From positions 15,128,001 to 15,192,000 of the forward strand of contig OZ024749.1 of the NCBI GenBank assembly GCA_964016885.1: 64,000 bases of DNA, read 5' to 3'. This document shows, piece by piece, positions 12,101 through 24,480 of the stretch. The stretch is from Eledone cirrhosa (lineage: Eukaryota). The notes under the pieces are model-generated. The model made no database searches and was not told the DNA's origin. It saw only the letters and a program-made list of their open reading frames with translations. Position 1 is the stretch's first letter; each line of letters begins with the position of its first letter. A program made the translations under genes and the position numbers.

Positions 12101-12537
12101 GAGGTGCCGTCAGCCGGGCATGTCCGAGATGCGCGCAGGGCGACGAAACCGTCCTGCACGCACTCGTCCAGTGTCCGAAAATTGCTGACTTGTGGGTTTA
12201 TGTCGAACACCTGCTGTCGCGTTTAGGACGGATCCAGCTATCATCTGAGTCTATCGTGAGGATTGCCCCGCCCTCCTCCTTTAGCCGGGAAGGGCAGGCA
12301 GTTTTTATCTGTCTGGTGGCCATGGCGAAAGAGATAGTATGGTGGACACGTTTGAAAGGGCTGAAGACGAGCACTTACCTCTTCGGTGATGCTCTGATTG
12401 ACTTTTTCAAATTTCATTTGAAAAGGAAAATCAGAGTAGAGAAGGAAGTGCTCTCTTCCCAGCATTTTGTTGAAAGATGGGTGAGAGAAGCAAGAATGGC
12501 CCGAGTGAATGGGCCGACTCTGAGTATATATCTGTAA
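9118..12537 (+). CDS. Tx1/L1-like ORF2p: APE endonuclease, reverse transcriptase, C-terminal zinc finger
   Basis: SINARGL, SET, VYAP, GDWN, YLDR, TDH (APE); GYWKLN; KSPGLDG, RPITLLN, KAFDRV, QGCPLS, YADD (RT); CPRC...HALVQC. Confidence 0.96.
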   Translation: MTSLRIGSINARGLGSSWKQGHLLNDLRSLNIDVVAISETRISEARAFAPIFGGYDVYASPSRPGSGGGVAVLFRRGLDLAIRAIFLDPEGKLVVLDVTSGDGQAFRLVAVYAPTGAGRPDFFRRLETFLGTSRSLVLVGDWNGILDARWDCVGLADRGGGCKSLTNLLRRFELSDRYRLDFPNVPMWTWTNRIGSSRSYLDRVFCREIDRSSIGCPQFKIVSYTDHKFVTCVLDLDRLHRRGPGYWKLNASLPARKAYRDRISELVKRALTGAIVNNKWWFALKRAIRIESIRFSKALAIEKNRAEGELVRKLDEALSKGIATDVLAAKLALDQFFNAKHEGCVVRARVRALRHEGTKAVQWARVAEARRGNKATIRSLVDHDGRMLLDPGQMCEAFQRHFAQLFGGSGGPGRGMDFSVYLDGLPRLSATEARCCEKPITAAEVREAMTGCTRGKSPGLDGLPYELYVQMPDLFGGLLADVYCNWQQNGRIPSSVSRGAVALLRKDPNKGDNIDNFRPITLLNTEFKILAKVLAKRLALVVGGLVGEAQTCAIPDRSIHDNLHLMRYIVERVAREPGTGGSLINLDQSKAFDRVDHRYLAAVLRAAGFGPVFRGWIAAMHSDICSVVRVNGHLSEPFNIMRSVRQGCPLSSLLYVLTLEPLLHKLETLRGVPRELGCGRSVSAYADDVTVVVSNAKHIEAIGTTLREYEAVTGAMINQEKSVGLQLGTWRGRSMPSNSVVGRWTDGPVKLLGVWFGPDLQTDKNWDEVTSRVASLTQKWAERKLSLKGRAEVANAYIASVICYRLTVVPCPKPRLTALERLLFRFLWKGRAPMVRRSICCQHPLRGGLGMPWLMMRRHALRLRHLHLFLDGDQVWSPFARRVFPQLVSLTELQSWVKRRPRGSAWRLECLQALTALDQSGNVIGGNSTSAFYRGLVEGKSDDVLGETLGVDENQLANLFGRTFGPGPMDNFQKSLAWQCYRGALPVRDKLYRHGGAVSRACPRCAQGDETVLHALVQCPKIADLWVYVEHLLSRLGRIQLSSESIVRIAPPSSFSREGQAVFICLVAMAKEIVWWTRLKGLKTSTYLFGDALIDFFKFHLKRKIRVEKEVLSSQHFVERWVREARMARVNGPTLSIYL

Positions 12538-13096
12538 ACTAAAGGTGGAAAACTGGGAGAGGGCACTTGCCTTGGTGGTCAGGGTCATTGTGGCTTTTTA
12601 CTGGGCTTTCTCCACAAATGTCCCTCCGAAGTCTCCCCCCTATTGGGGAATTTTTCATTGTTATTTTCATTGTTATTTTTGTTACATCCTCTATTTTTGT
12701 TTTTTTTACACGCAGAAATGCCCATTTGTACCGTCCTGCATTGTCCTGCACTGTCCTTAATGTCTACTTTATGTAAACCCTTGTGGTTAATAAAGAAATC
12801 ATTATTATTTCTATATTTTTATTACTATTATTATTATTATCAATTATTATTATTATTATTATTATTGTTGTTATTTTGAAAAGAAAAAATTTATAAAAGC
12901 TGTCAAATGTACATGACTTTGTACACACACATACACGTGTGTGTGTATATGCTTATATATATATATATATATAGATAGATAGATAGATAGATACATAGAT
13001 ATATATGCTTATATATATATAGATATATATGCTTATATATATATATATATATATAGATAATATATGAGAACAAAAGATGGTTAAAAGAGTTCCATG

Positions 13097-13167
13097 TATT
13101 TTATTATGCGCATTTCAAAAACAAATATCATCATGCAATAATATTTGTGTTTTCATCAGATAAAACA
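13097..13167 (-). ncRNA. Type I hammerhead ribozyme motif
   Basis: Minus strand reads tgttttat-CTGATGA-(16-bp stem II, one mismatch)-GAAAT-GCGC-ATA-ataaaata; stems I and II pair and stem III is palindromic. Confidence 0.75.
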
Positions 13168-13224
13168 GGAAGACATGATATGAAGGTTAAAAAAACACTT
13201 GTGGATAGTGCAGTTTTAAATCAA

Positions 13225-13319
13225 CATATATATATAGAAATATATGGTTATATATATATATATATATATAGATATATATGGTTATATATATATATATATA
13301 TATATATAGATATATATGG

Positions 13320-13356
<37 letters not shown>

Positions 13357-13369
13357 TATATATGGTTAT

Positions 13370-13428
<59 letters not shown>

Positions 13429-13852
13429 AATATATATATTATAATATATAAATTATATATACCGAATATTCTATTCATACCAACATGCAGTATGGAAACC
13501 GGACATAAACTGATGTATGTGTGTATGAATGTAGGTAGATTATATATATATATATACATATATATACATATATATATACATATACATATATATATACATA
13601 TATATATACATATATATACACATATATATACATATATATACATAAATATATATACATATATATACACATATTATACATATATATATATACATAAATATAT
13701 ATACATAAATATATATACATAAATATATATACATATATATATATACATATATATATATACATATATATATATACATATATACATAAATATATATACATAA
13801 ATATATATACATATATATATATACATATATATATATACATATATATATATAC

Positions 13853-13897
<45 letters not shown>

Positions 13898-14310
13898 CAT
13901 ATATACATAAATATATATATATACATATATACATAAATATATATACATATATATATATACATATATATATATATACATAAATATATATACATATATATAT
14001 ATACATAAATATATATACATATATATATATACATAAATATATATACATATATATATATACATATATATATATACATATATACATAAATATATATATATAC
14101 ATATATACATAAATATATATACATATATATATATACATATATATATATGCATATATATATATACATATATATATATACATATATATGCATATATATATAT
14201 ACATATATGCATATATATATATGCATATATATATATATATACATATATATATACATATATACATATACATATATATATATGCATATATATATATACACAT
14301 ATATATATAC

Positions 14311-14357
<47 letters not shown>

Positions 14358-14665
14358 CATATATACATATATATATATGCATATATATATATACATATAT
14401 ATACATATATATATATGCATATATATATATACATATATATATATACATATATATATATACATATATATCCTGGTGATATTTAATGTTTTGCACCGTGAAA
14501 CTGTACAGTTAGGGCCATTAGAATAGGTAAATATTTATATTATATTTTTTAATTTTGATTAATTTTGATTTATTTTGAAAAATTGATTGAATTTTTACTT
14601 GTTCTGCTTATCTTGATATATATATATACATATATATACATATATATAAATATATACATATATAC

Positions 14666-14716
<51 letters not shown>

Positions 14717-14737
14717 TACATATACATATATATATAC

Positions 14738-14792
<55 letters not shown>

Positions 14793-14831
14793 TACATATA
14801 CATATATATATATATACATATATACATATAC

Positions 14832-14878
<47 letters not shown>

Positions 14879-14953
14879 CATACATATATATATACATATA
14901 TATATATAAATACATATATATATACATATATATATATATACACATATATATAC

Positions 14954-14984
<31 letters not shown>

Positions 14985-15233
14985 AATACATATATATATA
15001 CATATATAACGAAGGAAATGTGGTAAGGAACCAGGTGGACCATAACGCACCAAAGTACTCAATACTTGAGGTAGTAGAGTGGGTAATAGGAACCAGTAAG
15101 ACCTCGACAGCTGAGCTCAAGCCGTCTCGACGGCTAATTTAGTCCAGAATTAGCCGTCGAAACGGCTTGAGCTCAGCTGTCGGGGTCTTACTGGTTCCTA
15201 TATACATATATATATATATACACATATATATAC

Positions 15234-15264
<31 letters not shown>

Positions 15265-15379
15265 CATATATATATATACATATATATATATACATACATA
15301 TATATACATATATATATATACATACATATATATACATATATATATATATACATATATATACATATATATATATATATAC

Positions 15380-15410
<31 letters not shown>

Positions 15411-15449
15411 CATATATATACATATATATATATACACATATATATACAC

Positions 15450-15490
<41 letters not shown>

Positions 15491-15634
15491 TATACACATA
15501 TATATACATATATATATATACATATATATATATACATATATATATATACATAGATATATATATATACATATATATATATACATATATATATACATATATA
15601 TATATATATACATACATATATATACATAAATACA

Positions 15635-15675
<41 letters not shown>

Positions 15676-15708
15676 ACATACATATATATATACATATATA
15701 TAAATACA

Positions 15709-15749
<41 letters not shown>

Positions 15750-16587
15750 ACATACATATATATATACATATATATAAATACATATACATACATATATATA
15801 TATACATATATATAAATACATATACATACATATATATATATACATATATATAAATACATATATATATAAATACATATATATATATAATACATATATATAT
15901 ATATACATAAATATATATATATATAATACATATATATATAATACATATATATATAAATACATATATATATAATACATATATATGCATATATACATATATA
16001 TACATACATATATATATATATACATACATATATAAATACATATATATACATACATATATATATACATACATATCTAAATACATATATATACATACATATA
16101 CATATATATAAATACATATATATGTAAATACATATATATATACATATATATATATACATATATATATACATACATATATATATACATACATATATATATA
16201 CATATATATATATATATACATACATATATATATACATATATATATACATATATATATACATATATACATATATACATATATATATACATATATACATATA
16301 TACATATATATATATACATATATACATACATATATATACATATACATATATACATATATATATATACATATATACATATATATATACATATATACATACA
16401 TATATATACATATACATATATATATATACATATATACATACATATATATACATATACATATATATATATACATATATACATACATATATATACATATACA
16501 TATATATATATACATATATACATACATATATATACATATACATATATATATATATGTATACATACATATATATACATTTACTTATAT

Positions 16588-16647
<60 letters not shown>

Positions 16648-16891
16648 GTACATATACATATATATATATATACATATACATATATATGTACATATACATA
16701 TATATATACATATATATACATATACATATACATATATATATATATACATATATATATATACATATACATATACATATATATACATATACATATATATACA
16801 TATACATATATATATATACATATACATATATATACATATACATATATATACATATACATATATATACATATATATATATATATACATATAT

Positions 16892-16932
<41 letters not shown>

Positions 16933-17023
16933 TATATACATATATATATATACATATACATATATATATACATATATATATACATATACATATATATATA
17001 TATACATATATATATACATATAC

Positions 17024-17072
<49 letters not shown>

Positions 17073-17155
17073 CATATATATATACATATACATACATATT
17101 CATATATACATACATATACATACATATACATATATATACATATACATACATATTC

Positions 17156-17220
<65 letters not shown>

Positions 17221-17221
17221 C

Positions 17222-17256
<35 letters not shown>

Positions 17257-17324
17257 CATACATATATATGTACATATATATATATATATGTACATATATA
17301 TATATGTATATATATATATATATG

Positions 17325-17366
<42 letters not shown>

Positions 17367-17473
17367 TATATATATATATATATGTATATATATATGTATG
17401 TACATATATATATATATTTAATATATATGTACATATATATATATATATGTACATATATATATATATATGTACA

Positions 17474-17515
<42 letters not shown>

Positions 17516-17573
17516 CATATATATATATATATATGTACATATATATATATATATATGTACATATATATATATA
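13225..17573. repeat. Very long (TA)n/(TACA)n microsatellite block with short unique interruptions
   Basis: Direct reading; interruptions at about 13450-13540, 14468-14615 and 15007-15201. Confidence 0.95.
15007..15201. mobile_element. TA-embedded fold-back element with partial hammerhead (stem II-GAAAC-stem III-GTC)
   Basis: Inverted repeat about 15086-15201 centred on gacggctaatt-tagtccag-aattagccgtc, followed by GAAACggct...agctGTC; CTGATGA core absent. Confidence 0.55.
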
Positions 17574-17689
17574 TTGTGTGTTTTAACATTTCTACAAAGA
17601 ATCAAAAGAAAAAAAATACAAAAAAGTAAAAAATAATTTTTTATTTTGTTTTCCTTTTATTTCACTTCTCCTCCTCCCTCCTCTACAGA

Positions 17690-18168
17690 GTTGTTGTTGT
17701 TGTTAAAGTGTTGTTACTGCTGTTGGTGTTGTTATTGTTGTTCTTGTTTCTGTTGTTGTTACTGTTGTTATTGTTACTGTTATTGTTTTTAAAGTATTGT
17801 TACTGTTGTTATTGTTGTTGGTGTTGTTATTGTTGTTCTTGTTTCTGTTGTTGTTACTGTTGTTATTGTTACTGTTGTTCTTGTTGCTGTTATTGTTTTT
17901 AAAGTATTGTTACTGTTGTTATTGTTGTTGGTGTTGTTATTGTTGTTCTTGTTTCTGTTGTTGTTACTGTTGTTGTTACTGTTGTTGTTGTTACTGTTGT
18001 TGTTGTTGTTACTGTTGTTGTTGTTGTTACTGTTGTTGTTGTTGTTGTTACTATAGTTATTGTTGTTATTGATGCTGTTACTGTTGTTGCTACTGCTGCT
18101 TCTGTTATTGATGCAAATGTTTCTCTTGTTGCAGTAGTAGTAGTAGTAGTAGTAGCAGCAGTAGTAGT

Positions 18169-18206
<38 letters not shown>

Positions 18207-18246
18207 CAGTAGTAGCAGTAGCAGCAGCAGTAGTAGTAGTAGCAGC

Positions 18247-18293
<47 letters not shown>

Positions 18294-18356
18294 CAGTAGT
18301 AGCAGTAGTAGTAGCAGCAGTAGCAGTAGCAGCAGCAGTAGTAGTAGTAGTAGTAT
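17690..18356. repeat. (TGT)n then (AGT/AGC)n trinucleotide repeats
   Basis: Direct reading. Confidence 0.9.
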
Positions 18357-18603
18357 CATTTAAAGAAGGATGGGACCACATGTAAACTGGCTTCTATTTA
18401 CCCAGTTGTAAGAAGTCATGAATATATCAAGACGGAGAGAACGTGACACACACACGTGTGTATATATATATATATATGCATATGCTACATTGATATATAT
18501 ACCTACATGCATGTGTATATATATATATATACACATGCATGTAGGTATATATATCAATGTGGTATATATATAAATATATATGCCACATTGATATATATAC
18601 CTG

Positions 18604-18643
<40 letters not shown>

Positions 18644-18667
18644 ACATTGATATATATACCTGCATGC

Positions 18668-18726
<59 letters not shown>

Positions 18727-18843
18727 ACATTGATATATATACCTGCATACATGTGTATATATATATATATACCACATTGATATGCAGGCATGCATGCATA
18801 TATATATATATATATGCCACATTGATATATATACATGCATGCA

Positions 18844-18919
<76 letters not shown>

Positions 18920-19356
18920 ACATTGATATGTGTACACACACACATGTATGTATGTATGTATGTATGTATGTATGTATATATATATATATAGAGAGAGAGA
19001 GAAGTAGACATATGGAAAGAGAGAAAGAGAGAGGGAGGGGGGGGGGGGTTGAGGGGGAGGCGGTGTGGGCGGAACAAGGAAATAACAAGAAGATTTAAAT
19101 ATTTCAAATTACAATGTGTGCACATTTGCACATGTCTGTGAATATCTTTATATAAATACACACACGCACATACATCATCATCATCATCATCACCGTTTAA
19201 TGTCCATGTTTTCATGCTGGCATGGGTAAGATGAGTTATCCTGTTGCGAGCAATGCCACGTCAGAACTGAATTTTGCTTGGTTTCTACAGCTGGATGCTC
19301 TTTCTAGCGCCAATCTCATTTACAGTGAGTGTATACACACACACATATATATATAT

Positions 19357-19742
19357 CATCATCATCACCGTTTTACGTCCGTTCTTCCACGCTAGCATGG
19401 GTTAGACGGGTTGTCCTGTTGTGGGCAGTGTCCGGTCAGCTGACCATGCCTTACTCATACGGGAACTGATTCTGGCTTGATTTCTACAGCTGGATGCCCT
19501 TCTTAACACTAACCTCAATTACAGTGAGTGCTGGGTGCTTTTTTGCCATGGCACCTCCACAACCACTTTGCTGGAATGATAGGGACCCCAGTCCCTATCA
19601 TCTCATTTCTACAGCTGAGTAAACTGGAGCAATGTGAAATAAAGTGTCTTGCTCAAGGAAACAACACATCACCCTGTCCGAGATTGAACTCACATCCTTT
19701 CGATTGCAAGCCCAATGCTCTAACCACTAAGCCATGTGCCTT
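19357..19742 (-). mobile_element. Composite tRNA/CORE SINE with RTE tail
   Basis: Tail closely matches 53737-53930; head homologous to the reverse complement of 45019-45135. Confidence 0.75.
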
Positions 19743-19777
19743 CATATACACACACAAACACACACACATATATATAA

Positions 19778-20146
19778 TCATCATCATCATCATCATCGTT
19801 TAACGTCCATTTTCCACGCTAGCATGGGTCTGGACGGGAATTGTCCCACTTGAGGCAAGATTGGTTGTCTTGCTCAGTACTGTCTGGCGGGTTTTCTACG
19901 GTTGGATGCCCTTCCTAACACCAACCACATTTACAGTGTGGACTGGGAGGTTTTTACCGTGTTACCTACACAGCCACATTACAGCGTGGACTGTGTGTTT
20001 TTTTTTGTCGTGACACCTACACGACCTCTCATTTATTTAGGACTGGATGTTGTGGTACCAACATAGCTTTACATCGAAAGTGGTGGTGTAGATGGCGGTG
20101 GGGGTAAGGTTAGTGGGACAGGGGTGTATTCTGGTTAAGAGGTGCC

Positions 20147-20150
<4 letters not shown>
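19778..20150 (-). mobile_element. RTE 3' UTR fragment (subfamily B)
   Basis: Matches 29267-29635; (CAT)n tail. Confidence 0.75.
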
Positions 20151-20193
<43 letters not shown>

Positions 20194-21435
20194 AATGAAA
20201 AATGGCGTGCTGTGTTGTTGCAAATGTGATATACAAATTAAAATGAAGAATTAGAAATAGGACTATCCATCATCAGTGGTCTACTAGCCATCATAGGTAT
20301 TTCTTCGCATTAAAGACCAGATACCTCAGGCTAGCGCAAACAATATCTAAAATAAGTTATTGGGATAAAAAGAATTGGGTGGAGAAATAGAGACAGATGA
20401 AAAAGATATCGTTTTTTACAAAAAGAATATAAAAAATTGGAAACATAAATGGAGAAGTTAAAACAGCTCAAAATACAGTAATTTATTGTAATAAATAGTA
20501 CAAAAGTCTGTTTCATCACTTCTTTGAAAGATTTTTTCAAATATGCATGTGTACAAAAACCTATTGTGTTAAAAATAATAATTAGACACAAAGCAAATTA
20601 TTCATTAAAATAATTACCAAATACGTTTTATATTAAATATTGATTTACGAACGTTTCGTCCCCTTATTGGGACATATCTAAATCAGTTATTTATAAGTAA
20701 AAGTCTCATTTATATATATATATATATGGTTACTGGTTTAGATTAGTAAGACCATATTCAACTAAGTACTCAATACTGTATGTAGTGAAAGGTTAGTGCC
20801 CAATGGTTGAACTCTTATTAATTCAACAGCATGAGCTCAGCCATTTGTTTTCAAATATGTAAACAGGAAAGATGTAGGTGAAGAAGTTATATCAGCTCAA
20901 AATACAATAATTTATTACAATACACTGTACATACGACTACATACAATTTTTTTTAAATATATGAAATCCTAATTTGCAAGTTTAGCTACATGTAGAGCGA
21001 ATTTTACATTAAATATGCTACCAAACACTGTTAATTGTATCATAATTTAATTTACATATATGTCCTCCTCCTGGGACTTGTCAGAATTAAACAAGATATA
21101 AATACCTCAACAGATTCATCACGTCTAACAGCATGATATATGATATAACTAACAGTGTTTGGTTATATATTATAATAATTGTTTCTATTTTAGGCACAAG
21201 GCCAGCAATTAACCAGTACATTACTGGTACTTTTATTTTATCGTAAGGATGAAAGGCAAAGTTAACCTCGGCGGGATTTGAACTCAGATCATAAAGGGAC
21301 GTAACTCTATGCTTCAAAGCATGGTGTCCGACTCTCTACCGATACTGCAACCCATGATAGCATGGATGATAGATGTTAAACAATGATGATGATGATATGT
21401 ATATATATAAATATATACATATCTCAATACTTTTT

Positions 21436-21469
<34 letters not shown>

Positions 21470-21542
21470 AAAAAGTATTGAGTACTCTGGTGCGTTATGG
21501 TCCATCGGGTTCCTTATCACACCTCCTTCGTTATATATATAT

Positions 21543-22264
21543 ACAGGTAGGGAGAACTATCTATGCAGTACATGTACAGGGAAATTTGACAGTAGAGGTC
21601 GCATTGATAGACACATTTTTCAAATGCAGGTAGGTTCTATAGAAGTGGTTGATAGCTTCTGATACCTAGGTGATCAGATTAGTAAAGGAGGAGGTTTTTC
21701 CGAGGCCATAGTATCTAGAATAAGGACAGGTTGGAAGAAGTTTAGGGAGCTGCTTCCTCTATTGACAAAGAAGGGTTTCTCCCTATGAACGAAAGACCAG
21801 TTATATGATGCTTGTGTGAGATGCGCAATGCTGCATGATAGTGAGACATGGGCAGCAACTGCAGAGGATATGCGATGGCTGGAGAGAAATGAAGCAAGCA
21901 TGCTCTGTTGGATGTGCAATGTCAATGTGCGTTAATGACCAAGCATAGATGAGTTGAGAGAGAAACTGTGTATAAGAGGGATAAGTTGTGGTGTGCAGGA
22001 GAGAAGACTGCGATGGTATGGACATGTGATGCGCATGGAAGATGACCGCTGGGTAAAGAAGTGCCAAGAAATCCCAGTAGAAGGAAGATGCAGAATGGGG
22101 AAGACCACGAAAAATATGGGCAGAGGTAGTAAGTGCAGACCTCAGATTGCTGAAGCTCACGGAGAAGATGACAAAGGGCCATGACGAATGTAGAGATGGC
22201 ATGCTTAATAAGACCCATCCCACCCTTGCAAGCAGGGAAAAGCAGACATAAAATGATGATGATG
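21543..22264 (+). pseudogene. Degenerate 5'-truncated RTE LINE (third subfamily)
   Basis: Interrupted GWKKFRELLP and RRLRWYGHVMRM...G-PRK motifs with stops; (ATG)n tail. Confidence 0.85.
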
Positions 22265-22265
22265 T

Positions 22266-22326
<61 letters not shown>

Positions 22327-23631
22327 CTGCTGCTGGCAGAATGAGCAATGAAAATAGAATATTTTGTTCAAGAACGAAATCACATCACCCGGTCCAAGAA
22401 TCAACCCACGACCAAATACTTTTGAGTTGACACGGTAACCACTGGGCCCCTACATACCTTCTTCAAAGAACAAAAACACCACCCAAGATGAGGCTATTAA
22501 CAGTTCCTTTAAAAAGCAACCGACCACTACCACCACCGCCACCACCATCATCCTCACCACCACTACTAACCACCCAATCATCATCATCACTACCGTCCAT
22601 CATTATCACCACCACCCACCAGTATCATCATCCTCACCACTACCACTACCACCCACCACCACCACCACCTCCATGACAAGATCCTTAATAAAATACTGTG
22701 GTATATTTCAGCAGACTTCTAGTCTCTGTTTTGGTCATCTCTAAACATGAAAGATTGGCTTAAAACTATTTTAACTCTTTCTGTGCCAAAAAGCCAGACT
22801 GGTGTGTCTTTGATCTGCCAGTCCTTGTGTACCCAAGACCTACTGGTCACTGGTACAGCTTTACTTCATGAAACACATGTCCACACATAGTAAATAAAAT
22901 AAATTTCAGTTTTTTTTTTTTTTAAAAGGAAAAAATATATATATTTCATTAAACAAAATTTTTTTTTGAAAAATACAAAAAGAAAAAAATTAATATATAT
23001 AACCCCCTCCCCCATCCCGGGTGGGGGCTGTAAAATACTAAAACATCCATACTGACATTCAGAATGTAATTAATAATATACTTAAAATACACATACACAC
23101 AATTATATACACACACATACAGACAGACATATACAATTATATACACACACACATATACAGACACACAAATACACAGACACACATACACAACTATATACAC
23201 AGACAGACATATACAATTATATACACACAAGCTTTTCTAAAAGTCTGAAACAAGAAAAAGAAAATTAGAAAAAAAGAAAAAGAAAAGAAAAAGGAAGATG
23301 AAAAAAGAAGGAAGAAGAAAAAGGAAAAAGAAAATTAAAAAAAAGAAAAAAGAAAAATGGAAAAGGAAAAAGGGAAAAGAAAAAGAAGGAAAAATAAAAA
23401 GTAAAAAAAATAAAAAATAAAAAGTAGAACAATATAAAAGTTGGACTTACAAACGCAGTTGGCTGTATGAAGTTAACAGATTTTCAGATGTGTTAACCTA
23501 GAAAATGTGTAACAAGGTTTGTGTTAGTATAACACACTTCTATAAGAAAATATACAAACATACATATACCAGATAGAAAAATGCGTACAGCAAAAAAAAG
23601 TAATATTGTTGGAATATAAACCTTTAAAAAT

Positions 23632-23780
23632 ACAGGACAAGAAACTAAAATAAAACTTTAAAAGAATAGGTCAAGAAACTAAGATAAAACTTTAAAAGAA
23701 TAGGACAAGAAACTAAGATAAAACTTTAAAAGAATAGGACAAGAAACTAAGATAAAACTTTAAAGAATTGGACAAGAAAT
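23632..23780. repeat. About 34-bp tandem repeat, 4-5 copies
   Basis: aataggacaagaaactaagataaaactttaaaag repeated. Confidence 0.85.
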
Positions 23781-24480
23781 AAAAAATTTTACAATAATAT
23801 TAGTGGCAAAATTTTTTTATTCGTTTCCTGTGTCTTCTTGATTAGTGCATAATAATTGTCATGCTCTCATTGTGCGTTGCCCCTGAGCGATTGGTTCTGG
23901 TTGGGGTTGGTTGGCTGAGCAGTTCTGCTCCGTCAGAATGACCATTGCAAGAAGAATTGGCCGATGCAGCAGCAGGTCTCCTCCAAGAATGCACTTCTGG
24001 TCCCACAACACCAGATGAAGATGGAGAAGATGCAAGGAGAAGATGGACGGGTTGGTCAAGATCAAGGATGAGCGGGACGACAAGACCGTCCGCTGCTGCT
24101 CAAGATCTGTGCTCATGGGCCCATGGGTCCATTCACATTATGCATGACACATGAGGGGTGTCGCCGAATGATGAAATAGGGGTATGGTTATGGCCCAATT
24201 GGTGTTCAAACCAGGATCAAATGATCCCCCCGGTCTGACGACGACCTCTGAATGTGGAAGCCAGAGCCTATGAATGTGGAACTCGATTTGTTACCAATAT
24301 ATATATACACACAAACACATATATATATTAGATAAAGCTGGCCTCGTGCAATTGTACCTCTCAAAGACAATGACACAAGATCGAGATCTTTGACGTTATG
24401 CAGTAATACAGAAGACCGGCTTTCCCTTGCACACAAACTCAAGCATTCATTCAGTAGGCACCTCTTAACCACATAATCCT

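Larger units (their letters stand above)
6771..12800 (+). mobile_element. Full-length Tx1/L1-clade non-LTR retrotransposon
   Basis: Two intact ORFs 35 bp apart, AATAAA at 12789-12794, candidate 9-bp TSD attattatt at 6762-6770 and 12801-12809. Confidence 0.92.

Noticed and set aside
13320-17636. Long YI/MY-rich ORFs (also 30905-33171 and many short ones)
   Set aside because: Translations of (TA)n/(TACA)n microsatellites, which lack stop codons by composition
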